Assembly (NCBI GenBank): GCA_964016885.1
Contig: OZ024740.1
Span: 292,516,001 to 292,580,000 of the forward strand
Reading direction: 5' to 3'
DNA length: 64,000 nucleotides
Source of the DNA: Eledone cirrhosa
Lineage: Eukaryota
Shown: piece by piece, positions 30,701-44,109 of the stretch
Layout of the letters: the number at the start of each line of letters is the position of its first letter
Numbering within the stretch: position 1 is the first letter of the stretch
Notes under the pieces: generated by a model
Told to the model about the DNA's origin: nothing
Database searches by the model: none
The model's input: only the letters and a program-made list of their open reading frames with translations
Translations under genes and position numbers: made by a program

Positions 30701-30997
30701 AGTTCCGCCAATGACAATAGATAACAGTTGAGGAAATCGACTAAAATAGTTAATAATAGATGAAGAAATCTCAGACACAGAAAAAAAAAAAAAAAGTTAA
30801 CAAAGGAACATGCGAGAAATCGAACGCCGCCCGCATCCGCCGTTAGTAATCTACTCTAGAGCGGTAATTACATCAACACATAAACCATAATAAAGATATC
30901 ACAGCAAAATAGTAAATCTATACTACTATTGGGACAGATATACTATTTGGCTGTGATGTCTGTATTATAGGTTGTGTGGTGGTATGATTACCTACCT

Positions 30998-31039
<42 letters not shown>

Positions 31040-31215
31040 GCAAACATCACGGGCGCTCTATCTTAAAATTATTTTTGAAAAGCATTAGAAATGCGCAAAT
31101 GGTAAAACTTAAAACCAAAACTGAATACTAACCAATACTATTACTAATTTTTACTTATTCCTAATTAAACTATTTTTCATTGGGAACAATTTGCCAGCAT
31201 TTTCTTTTCCGTTTA

Positions 31216-31257
<42 letters not shown>

Positions 31258-31274
31258 AAAATAAAAATAAAAAC

Positions 31275-32091
31275 AAATAAAATTATCGAGAATCGAAACT
31301 TCGGCCCACGAAATAACGAAAAACAATATCCGAAATGTGCGGCAAAGTGCTCAATGGTTCGGATGAACCAGAGCTATAACTAACGTTTAATACCAAACAC
31401 ACTGAGACGATGTTTAAACAATCATTCGCACAGCCAAAAAATACGATCAAGTAATTCGGGTCAAACAAAGAGAAATATACATGATTGAAAAATTTACCCA
31501 GACTCCCTGGAAAGGTGGTAAAATCCAGCATTTGGGTTTCTGCGACTCCGAAATCAGGTACCGTCCGCCTACATAAAAAATGTCCGGCTTCTGGTAAGAT
31601 GATGAACAAGGAAATCGCTTTTTCAACAGGTTTTTAGTTCAGTAATACAGGGGAAGACTGTTACTAAATCCACGTGTGGATCAGCAAGGGAGGCAACCCC
31701 TATAATAGGCGAATGAATTCAGATGTGTATATTATTGTAAGAATACAAAATATTACAAATCGAATTAGAGTTCTCAACAGACGGGTTAAAGTTAACATAA
31801 GCTATTCATCAGTCAATAGAATCAACTAAAAAATCAATAAAATTAACTGATCAATAGCTAGAGTCTGGAGATAAATACAAATAAAATTATTGAGAATCGA
31901 AACTTCGGCCCACGAAATAACGAAAAACAATCTCCGAAATGTGCGGCAAAGTGCTCAATGGTTCGGAAGAACCAGAGCTATAACTAACGTTTAATACCAA
32001 ACACACTGAGACGATGTTTAAACAATCATTCGCACAGCCAAAAAATACGATCAAATAATTCGGGTCAAACAAATAAAAATATACATGATTG
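31275..32091. repeat. Unclassified element with ~215-bp direct terminal repeats, flanked by (TA)n
   Basis: 31275-31487 is nearly identical to 31879-32091; ~390-bp unique middle. Confidence 0.85.
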
Positions 32092-32108
32092 TATATATAT
32101 ATACAAAG

Positions 32109-32357
32109 GAAAAAAGTATGACCCCGACGGCAGAGCTCAAGCCGTTTCGACGGCTATTTCTGGACATGAACAACGAAGATCTCCTCCGCGCAAAGATGGA
32201 GAGTCTAGAAACCATCATGAGTCCAGAAATAGCCGTCGAAACGGCTTGAGCTCTGCCGTCGGGGTCATACTTTTTTCTTTTTCCCACTCTACTACCCTAA
32301 GTATTGAGTACTCTGGTGCATTATGGTCCATCTGGTTCCTTACCACAATTCCTTTGT

Positions 32358-32360
<3 letters not shown>
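32109..32360 (+). mobile_element. Fold-back element, family G, with LINE-derived loop
   Basis: Perfect ~55-bp arms (32110-32165, 32221-32276); tail GAGTACTCTGGTGC.TTATGGTCCA shared with 63809-63840. Confidence 0.88.
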
Positions 32361-32396
<36 letters not shown>

Positions 32397-32399
<3 letters not shown>

Positions 32400-33423
32400 T
32401 TTTGCGAGGTTTTTTTATATGAAATCGTGTGTCGAAACAAATATTGTTATACTTGGGGAGGGTCATATTTGTGTAATATTGCCAGGATTAATAACAGAAC
32501 ACACTCACTGTTTGGTTGGTTTTCGCTTCTCGCTTCTGTGTCTTTTATATCGGTAATCTAACTTACTCGGTCCTCAATGTTGCCATTGACTGACCGACGG
32601 TCAAAAATAATACAGATACAATATAGACACAAACACATATATATAGTTTATCATAAATCTTTCGTTGCACATCTGCAACATCGTCAGTGGTGTTATTGTT
32701 TCCTCCTGTTGTATTGTATGTCTACGCCATTTTTATTCAGTCTGTCTATATATTTATTTATTTATTTGCTTGTTTGTTTATTTTATTTTGTCTTCTTTGC
32801 GCATGCGTTTGCGTGTGTGTATAGTGTTTTGTTTGCTGTGTGATGGGTGACTAGTGTGTGTTTATGTGCTTGTTGTTATTGTGCTTGTGTATGTATTTAT
32901 TTATTTATTTATTTATTTATTTTATTTTATTTACTTATTTATACTTCTCTTAGGTCAGTGTTGTTTGTTTGGGTGTTGTTGTTATTCCATTCATTCTTTC
33001 TGTTTAGTCTTGGCCTTCTAATTTCTATTTCACTGGCCTCTCTGATTTGCCTATCTGCTGGGTCATTTCTATGTTTAGATATTATTCTAATTTCTATGTT
33101 GTCTATGTTACCGTCATGTTGTTGTCTGGCATGTTCGTATAGTACTGACCCGTTTTTTCGTCCTTTTAGTTCCCCCAGTGTTGGTCTATCCTTTCACCTA
33201 TGCTACGATCGGTCTCACCTATGTATGTTGTTGTCATGTTTCTGCAAGTACCCTCAGTACATCTTATGCTATAGACTACGTTTCTAGTTTTACAGTTTAT
33301 CCGGGGGTTTACCTTACATATGATACATTTCCTATTGGTACAGTGGGTTTTCTTAAAAGGGTAGGTTTTGCTGTTATTAATTCTGGCAATATTACACAAA
33401 TATGACCCTCCCTAAGTATAACA

Positions 33424-33427
<4 letters not shown>
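32397..33427 (-). mobile_element. 5'-truncated PLE (family F) with GIY-YIG remnant and inverted pLTR piece
   Basis: CTNRKCIICK...NCKTRNVVYSIRC...YIGETDRSIGERIDQH; 33371-33427 is the inverse of 32441-32497; hammerhead core on the minus strand at ~32648-32690; (TA)n flanks. Confidence 0.9.
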
Positions 33428-33488
<61 letters not shown>

Positions 33489-33515
33489 CATACATACAAA
33501 CATACAGAAACACAG

Positions 33516-33596
<81 letters not shown>

Positions 33597-33853
33597 CACA
33601 GAAATAATTTTCACGCTAACATGTGGAGTCAGTAATTATTTCAAAAGTAATTCAATTCAGTTCATGTGTAATATTACATATAGTTGTATACGCTCTGAGA
33701 CTAGATTAAGTCTATTTAGACTGATATGTGTATGTAGATGGCTGTGTGCGGCTTTCTATCTCTTCTTACGTTTATGCGAATGACTACACTGATCCGTACC
33801 AATATAGAAAATATATATTATGTGCATATGTCAATTTATGTCTACACGCACAT

Positions 33854-35130
<1,277 letters not shown>

Positions 35131-35550
35131 ATGCCTATAGTTGTATATGTGCATTATATGTGTGTAAATATGTATGCATTAAACAGATTTGTAAACAAGT
35201 CAGTTTGTGTTTGTCTTAGCATATATTTCAATATTAATCTGTAAAACAATCTGAGTGAAACCATCAAAAGATGGTCCCATGTGTGATAAGAAGAGTGCTG
35301 TCAAGTTTAGGAAATTAATCTGAGATTTGAATTTTCTGGAAGTCATTGTAAAAGAGAACGATAAGGAACAGCATTGAGTGCGAAGCGTGGGAAACTGTGA
35401 TATAACACAACAGGCTAGTGACACAAAGTAACAATAGATTTGGATGAACGAAAGCATTTAATTTTAACATTGCATGTCAATTGATGACAGTAAAGATTCA
35501 TCTATTTTAATTGTTTCATCATTAAATTGACCTAGCATTATTTTCTCTAA

Positions 35551-35734
35551 GGGCAGTGAATTGGCAGTATCGATAGAGGGTCGGACACCATGCTTTCCAG
35601 CATAGTTACGTCCCTTTACGATCTGAGTTCAAATACCGTCGAGGTTAACTTTGCCTTTCATCCTTACGGGGTCAATAAAATAAAGTACCAGTAATGTACT
35701 GGTTATTTGATGGCCTTGTGCCAAAAGTAGAAAC
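35551..35734 (+). mobile_element. Full-length tRNA-derived SINE with 13-bp TSD
   Basis: ATTATTTTCTCTA at 35537-35549 and 35736-35748; A and B boxes. Confidence 0.88.
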
Positions 35735-36597
35735 AATTATTTTCTCTACGTTTGACGTTTGAGTGGTAGCAGTGATGAAGTTGATAATGTAAAGTGTCTG
35801 ATGGGGAGAACGGAAGAGACGGAGGCAGTGACAGTGGGAGTTTGGTTCTATTCTGTTCGGATCAGGTGTATATGTATATATGTATTTACCACACCTCATT
35901 AACTGCATATTTAAAAGATTCATCCTTTGGATATAATCTTTGAAGACACTAGGGTCATAACTACTAAGTGTAAAATGAACCAAAAACATCTCTGGGCCTC
36001 TTATCTGATTGGAGAACAAATAATTATGGAACTAGAGAAAAGTATAACACTAGACTAGTTGAATAGTTGTACAAGTTCAGGTGCTACAAGGAATCAAGAA
36101 CAACGTTTCAGATGCTTACTCTTCGTCTAAGAGTAAGAAAGAAGAAAGAAAAAGTGATTTTATCGATTTAGTTGTTGAGACTAGAGTGAAAGATTTACTG
36201 AGCTCATATTGATTCCTACCATGTAGAAGTTAATTAATGACTGGAAATAAAGAGAGAATGAATTATTAGTTTTCCTTCCAGCATTACGAAAACAAATGTG
36301 CTTTAACAGTTGTTGTTGTTTAGAACCAGGTTTAACCTGATTCAACAACATTCCAACGATGACCATCTAATATTAATTTTTTTTAGCATTACGTTACCTA
36401 ATGTGTTTTCTCTTTTTAAGTCGGTAGAGCGTCATTTCAGGAGATCTGGCGGTAGATCCTGGTAGGTTTTTATTGAGATAATCTCTATTAAATCCACACA
36501 TTGCTGTGCGTAACTTAAGTAACATTAATGAGAAACAGTTATATACAAGCTCTACAGTTATACACACACAATGCACACATACACACATACACACATA

Positions 36598-38890
36598 CAT
36601 GATGGCTCACCCCTCGATATCGAGTATGGCCATTGCACTATATAACATTATTGATAATTATCAATTAATTCTATCGTGCAATGCCTGTGCGTGAAGTTAT
36701 TTCTTAAAGTGAGGAAATACTGTGCACTGAGCCAATCCCACTCTCAGAGTGACAGTAGCTATAACCAGAAAAGAAGAAAAGATCAACATCGTCGGTAACT
36801 ACTGAGCCACAGGTTTTATGTCGGAGTTATCCCAGTTTTCTGAGTTGCCTTCTCCTAGAAGAATGCCCTGACATAAGCTAGGGGTCCTTCACTTCCAGTG
36901 GTTTAACTGCGCGATCGGGTATCCAGCCCGATTATTTCGATGTCCCCGCGCATTTACATACACATGCATACATGTATATACATATATATACATATATATA
37001 CATATATACACTAGTATACATGTATATACATATTTACACATTTTTGGATGGCCGTTGACTCTTATGAGTTCTGCCCTTTGTCAGCTTTTGCTTTTTGTCC
37101 TGCAGGATGTCCAAAATCACCCTCCTCACCCTCTTGGTGAGTCGCCGACGAACCGACCATTCGACAGGTTGTACTGGGTTACATATTACCAGTAGCACCC
37201 AAGAGTGACCCGACATAATACATACATGGTGGCTGCCAACTCGTTTTCGAGTATGGCCACTACTTTATATCCATGTAGGAGAACCCCTACCGATGCGCTG
37301 GACGAGTGCGACTTTTTAGTCCAGCCAGCGACTTGAAAACTCTGGTACAAACACTACACTTGTGACAATTATTGACACATAGTGCTGGGCCCATGGTACC
37401 ATGTGGCGACAAGTGCAGAGAGATCTCCAGATATAAAGCAATGCCTGTGCCGTGAAGCTTTTATAGTGAGCAAAGGCACTGCACAAAGCCAGTCCCACTC
37501 TTTTAACCAAGATGATATTTACCAAAAAGAAGAACAAGTCAACATCATTGGATACCATCAGAGTTGCAGGTGTTATATCAGAGTTTTCCTTCTCCTAGAA
37601 TTCTGCCCTGACAAAGGCTAAGGGCTCATCTCTCCCGGATACATACATAGATACATGGTGGCTGCCAACTCGTTTTCGAGTACGGCCACTACTTTATATC
37701 CATGTAGGAGAACCCCTACCGATGCGCGGAACGAGTGTGAGTTTTTAGTCCAGCCAGCGACTTGAAAACTCTGGCACAAATACCCCACTTGTGACCATTA
37801 TTGACATATAGTGCTGGGCCCATGGTACATGTGATGACAAGTGCAGAGATATCTCCAGATATAAAGCAATGCCTGTGCCGTGAAGCTTTTATAGTGAGCA
37901 AAGGCACTGCACAAAGCCAGTCCCACTCTCTTAACCAAGATGATATTTACCAAAAAGAAGAACAAGTCAACATCATTGGATACCATCAGGGTTGCAGGTG
38001 TTATATCAGAGTTTTCCTTCTCCTAGAATTCTGCCTTGACAAAGGCTAAGGGGTCATCTCTCCCTGTGATTTTGGATGGCCATTGACTCTTAAGAGCTCC
38101 TTTGCCCTTTGACAGGTCTTGTTTTTAGTCCTGCAGGATGTCCAAAGTCACCCTCCTCACCAAGAAACCTTGGTGGGGTTGCCAGTTTAGTCGCCAACGA
38201 CCCGACCATGAGACAGGTTGTACTGGGATACATGTTACCAGTAGCACCAACTGGTGACCAACTGGTGACCTGACATACATACATACATGGTGGCTGCCAA
38301 CTCGTTTTCGAGTACGGCCACTACTTTATATCCATGTAGGAGAACCCCTACCGATACGCTGAACGAGTGTGACTGTTTAGTCCAGCCAGCGACTTGAAAA
38401 CTCTGGTACAAACACTACAGTTGTGACAATTATTGACACATAGTGCTGGGCCCATGGTACCATGTGACGACAAGTGTAGAGAGATCTCCAGATATAAAGC
38501 AATGCCTGTGCCGCGAAGCTTTTATAGTGAGCAAAGGCACTGCACAAAGCCAGTCCCACTCTCTTAACCAAGATGATATTTACCAAAAAGAAGAATAAGT
38601 CAACATCATTGGATACCATCAGGGTTGCAGGTGTTATATCAGAGTTTTCCTTCTCTTAGAATTCTGCCTTGACAAAGGCTAAGGGGTCATCTCTCCCGGT
38701 GATTTTGGATGGCCATTGACTCTTAAGAGCTCCTTTGCCAGGTTTTGTTTTTAGTCCTGCAGGATGTCCAAAGTCACCCTCCTCACCAAGAAACCTTGGT
38801 GGGGTTGCCAGTTTAGTCGCCAACGACCCGACCATGGGACAGGTTGTACTGGGATACATGTTACCAGTAGCACCAACTGGTGACCTGACA
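36598..38890 (-). mobile_element. Head-to-tail array of a ~600-bp bipartite LINE-derived element separated by short (CATA)n
   Basis: Units ~38890-38286 and 38275-37654, 5'-truncated 37638-37225, 5'-part 37215-37040 and diverged 36950-36598; RTE-5'-like CTAGGAGAAGGAAAACTCTG; C2H2 remnant ICARVFKSLAGLKTHTRSAH. Confidence 0.8.
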
Positions 38891-38953
38891 CATACATACA
38901 TACATACATACATACATACATACATACATACATACATACATACATACATACAT

Positions 38954-41900
38954 AAATGGCGACCGTTGTGGTCAGTGTCCGATAATCGGACGTGTGTAAT
39001 TACGGCTTACATGAAGGCAACATACCATATATTGGAAAAAGTTGAGCTACATTACGCGGTAAGATTACATACAATAATTCTACATAAGTGTTTGAACTGT
39101 AAGTGTGTTGTAAAACACCTATTTATATGAACGATACATACACTTATGATATATGAACGATACATACACTTTAACATATAAATGCAACGTAGTTATATTA
39201 CATTTATAAAGAAATATGCAAGTAACGTTTTCGATTCAGAAACAAAAATATAAGTGTTTGAACTGTGAATATGTTGTGAATAGGTTGTAGAACACCTATT
39301 TATATGAATGATACATAAACTTTAACATATAAATACCGCGTTGTTATATTATATTACATTCATAAAGGAATATACTAAGTAACGGTTCTGTTTGTTCTCG
39401 ATTCAAACGATTCAAGAACAACGTTTAAAACACAGTTGTAGAATTAAAAACTAACTGAAAAGAAATATTACCCAAGCTGTGAATAACTTTAAATTTGATT
39501 CTGACAGAACTTTGTCGTAACTTTTAAAGAAGATCATCGACTATTTTGAAAAATAAATACGAAATATTAGTGAATAGACGAACTCATCATGGCAAAAAGT
39601 ACAAGTCTCCTTCGACCAAATCGCAACTACAGCCGTTGTACACAGTAGAGCTACGAGCTTAACAAAGTATTATATGAAGCATACAAACAATCTGAACCCC
39701 AAAAGTTCGGTTTTATGCAAAGGCTAAAAACTTTATGGAACTCCAAACACCCAGAATTAGACTTTTCTCCAAAGCATTTAAATGAACAGGCAAAACGTAT
39801 CATTAGATGTAAATTGATACATCTAACGGAATTGAGTGATACTACAAATACAGCCCTTGTAGACAACCACCCCACCTCCACTGACAGACAAAGAGAATGG
39901 CCAGCTAAATCTAACAGTGAACAGCTCACCCATAATTTTGCTGAAATCCATCCCACTTCCACTAAAGAACAGCGAGAAAGGTCAGCTGACTCTAGTAGTA
40001 ATTGTCACCACATCAATAACGAGGCTGAAATTCATGACTCTACTGTACAAACAGAGCACCAAAAACTTGTGGGCACCCTACAAGTGATATGGAACGATAT
40101 GTTTCAAGAGATACACAGCCTTAATGTGAGTGACAGACCATACAACACTAGAGTCAGTAAAGAATCCACTAAATTGGAATTGGAAGCGGTGAACGAAATA
40201 GCTGGCAATTATCTGAAGGCTATACGATCTAAAGGTGTAGAAACGACATTTGAAACGCTTAATGTTTTGTTATATGTTTCAGCTGTCACATTGCTATCAT
40301 ATAACACACATCTAAAACCACGCAATCAAGATACAAACAGAAAGCCTGAACCAGCGTGGATGCGAAATTTAAAAACCAAAATTTTGTCCCTGAGACGAAG
40401 TATCTCACACATCGCAGTCGTTATGAAATGCAACATAGAGAGCAACTTCACACGACACCAGGAAGACCTAAAGAAAAAATTAGAGAGACGATTTGGAGAT
40501 ACAAAATTTAAAACTTTGAACTCCAAATTACACCAGTTGAAACAACAACTCACAGCTACAACAGAAAGACTAAAATATAAGTCAACAGCACATAAACGAC
40601 AAGTGCTAAATAGATTGTTTGCCAGAGATCCTAAATCAGTTTATCGCAGATTCGGTGGCAAAAGCTCAATCCCTGTAAACGACACCCCTTCAAAAGAAAA
40701 GGTTGAGAGCTACTGGAGATCTGTATGGCAAACGGATGACGGATTCAACAGACAAGCTAATTGGCTAAAAGAACTGGAACAGGACTACTGCCAACATGTC
40801 CAGACAAAACAATATGACATAGATGGGTCAATACTGGAAACAGCTCTACAGAAAATGTCGAATAGGAAATCACCAGGCCCAGACCTCATTACAGGATACT
40901 GGTTGAAGAATTTCACTTTCTATCGGCAAGATCTCATACGGCTGTTTACAGAAACCATTGAGGGCACACAAGAACTGCCCAGATTGTTATCAACTGCCAC
41001 TACTCTCCTCATTCCCCAAAATAGCCAAACCACCCTTGCTAAAAATTACCGCCCAATTGCCTGCCAAAACATCATGTATAAATTATATACTGGGTGCCTT
41101 AACCTGTTCTTACAGGATCACTGTGCTACCAACAACATCATAACACCTGAGCAAGCTGGTGGAAAGAGGGAGGTGTGGGGTTGCATAGATCACCTACTAA
41201 CTAACAAAATGATTCAGGAAAAAACAACAAAGAATCGCAGAAACATGACTGTCGTGTGGCTGGACTATCAAAAAGCATTTGATAGTGTACCTCATGGGTG
41301 GATTATTAAGGCTTTACAGTTAGCTAAAGTCCCACAACCATTGGTAGCTGCTGTTGAACGCCTGACCAAGAACTGGTACACCAATTTGATCCTTAGAGGT
41401 GAGAAGGAGCAGGTTAAGACTGATAAGATACATTACCAGAAGGGCATCTTTCAGGGTGATAGCTTGTCAGTGCTACTCTTCGTTCTCTCACTGAATCCAC
41501 TATCTTACCTACTCAGGAAACAAGGTGGACAAAGAAGTGGGCCCAGAAGTATCTCCCATCTTTTCTTTGTTGATGACCTGAAGTTGTATGGGCCAAATAT
41601 CAATGACATCAAGAAACAATTGGACCTCATTACACAATTTTCAACCGACATCAAAATGAAATTTGGTGAGTCCAAGTGTGCATATTTGGCAGTAAAACGT
41701 GGAAGAGCTGTGCCCTCCTCTAGAAATCTAGAGATGAACGGCCTGACAATACAACCTCTGCAGTCAGGTGACAACTACAGATATCTTGGACAGGATGAGA
41801 ATGTCAGATATGATGGACCCATAAATAAGGAGAGAACCAGAACTGAATACCTCAGAAGAGTAAAGAAAATATGGTCATCAGAACTGTCAGCATACAACAA

Positions 41901-43180
41901 ATACATTGCCCACAATACTTATGCTGTGCCAATTCTAACGCCAACATTTGGCCTACTGAACTGGTCATTGCAAGAACTAAGTGAGATGGATGTTAGAACT
42001 CGCAAACTTCTCAGTGTTACTGGCAACTTTAACATCAATGGTGATGTGGATAGGCTATACTTCTCACGCAAGGAAGGTGGCCGGGGTCTAAAATCAATAT
42101 TAACAACATATGAGACCCGGATAGTAACACTGAAGCAACACCTTCAACAGAGGAAAAAGGTTGGCAACCATCTTGCCCAGGTTTATGAGCATGAAAAAAG
42201 AAATATCATTAGAATAGCGACTGATCTGGAGGAGAGATATGGAATAAAGCCTGATATAAATCTCTCACCCAGAGAAATCGGAAGATCCTATTCAATGTTC
42301 AAACAAGATAAGAAAATTGACCAATTTACAGAAAAAGTTGTGCATGGATACTTGAGGCGTAAAACACAGACCATAGAGGGGATAAACCACTCAAAAAGCC
42401 TGGCATGGAGTTCCGACAAGTTTATGACATCACACCTTGAGGGATATCTCTATGCAATACAGGAACAAGAACTCCCTACCAAATATCTGCTGCACAAAAG
42501 AGGAGGGCCAGCAGCTGACAATAAATGTAGGCTATGTAAAACAAAGATCGAGGATGTAAGCCACATTGTTGCCAGCTGCGAAAGAATGTCATCTCGCTAC
42601 TACCTCCCCATGAGACACGATGGGATAGCTAGAACCATCTGGAACGCACTTCGGAAAACAAAATTAACAACAAACGAGGAAGAATATATTGAGACAGATG
42701 GCACTAAGGAATACTGATGGAACCTGAAAATAAAAACTGCCACCAAATTAAAGCACAACCGGCCTGATATTGTAGTTTGGGACCACACATTGAAAACGTG
42801 TTCTGTTGTGGAGATCAGCTGCCCACTTGATGTAAACGTTTTCAGAAAAATACAGGAGAAGGAGGACATCTACGGACCATTGATGAGGAGTTTACAAATC
42901 CAGTATCCAAGATACACCTTTAGCTTCATACCCAATCATTATTGGTGCTACGGGTTATATACCAACCCGCTTGGACCAAAGTATGACTGAACTTGGATTT
43001 GCGGACAAAAAGCGCAGCTCCCTAATTCATAGTCTGCAAATGGCTGCGATAGCTGGCACCTTCAAAATTTGCAAAACATTCTTGCGATTCAAGGGATGAC
43101 AATTTCTTTTCTTTTAGAACCTTGCCACCAGGAAGGTGGCCGGTCAAAAAAATATACTCGAAATTAAGAGAAAGAGAAAA
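38954..43180 (+). mobile_element. Near full-length R4/Dong-like RLE non-LTR retrotransposon in (CATA)n
   Basis: Single long RT-CCHC-RLE reading frame; ~635-bp 5' region with internal duplication; (CATA)n at 38891-38953 and 43181-43264. Confidence 0.9.
39589..43099 (+). pseudogene. RT / CCHC zinc finger / RLE polyprotein with two stops and one frameshift (1000-aa open stretch 39715-42717)
   Basis: KSPGPD, NYRPIAC, WLDYQKAFDSVPH, GIFQGDSLS, FFVDDLK, YRYLG, EGGRGL, CRLC...HIVASC, RHD, NRPDIVVWD...VVEISCP; TAG at 39646, TGA at 42715, +1 C near 42931. Confidence 0.92.
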
Positions 43181-43614
43181 CATATACATACATACATACA
43201 TACATACATACATACATACATACATACATACATACATACATACATACATACATACATACATACAAGTGTGCGAAATACAAAACCCGAAAAAATAAATTAT
43301 TCTGTCAAAATAAAGTCTGTACTTAAGATGCAGGATTAACAAGCATATTCTAAGCGAAAAGTAATCCAAATGTTTCTGTGATAAAATTTCAGCAATGACT
43401 ATCTTTTTCTCTCAGAGGAGAGTGAATTATAACCTTATAGACATCTATCTATTTCTATAGATTGAAATGACTATGACACGAATTTCTTACCAACATTTCG
43501 AATAATTTGAAGTCTCAAAACGATTGTAAAAGAATAAATGTTGTTTTTTGATGAAAGAAGAATAAATTTCCATTAATACCTTCTACTCCTCTAGAGGCCA
43601 TTTCTATATTAAAT

Positions 43615-43657
<43 letters not shown>

Positions 43658-43864
43658 CGTTTCTGAATTTGTTTAGCAAGATTCTTTATCTGAAAACGTG
43701 TGTTGAAACCGATATTGTTATATTTTGGGAGGGTCATGTTGCCAATAAGATACACACGCACCAGTTGCTTTCACTTCAATTTATTATAATAAATTTATAA
43801 ATTTAGGAATTTATAAATTTCCGGTTGGTTGGTTGGTCCCACAACCAGATGGTTGTTTATATAT

Positions 43865-43909
43865 TGTCAAAGTTCTTTCGTCACACATTCTGTGACCTCT
43901 TCAGTGACT
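43865..43909 (-). ncRNA. Minimal hammerhead ribozyme in the PLE pLTR
   Basis: GTCA-CTGAAGA-G-GTCACA/GAATG/TGTGAC-GAAA-GAAC-TT|TGAC. Confidence 0.7.
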
Positions 43910-44109
43910 GGGGATTTTTTTCTTTGTTTTTGTGCCTCTCCTTTGTTCTGTCCTACGCCATCTTGTTTCTGTGTGTGTGTTATGTGTTCAGTCTGCGCAT
44001 GCGCCACATCCGGGTGTCTGTGTGTGTTTATATTCGTTTATTTATTTGTTTATTTACATGTTACAGGTTGGTTGTTTGTTCTATGTGCGTGTGTGTTTTC
44101 ATTTTGTCC

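Noticed and set aside
31770-31815. CTGATGA on the minus strand as a hammerhead core
   Set aside because: No properly placed GAAA, stem II or NUH site
42715-42717. In-frame TGA as selenocysteine
   Set aside because: The position corresponds to a probable Trp rather than Cys, and I see no SECIS in the short 3' UTR
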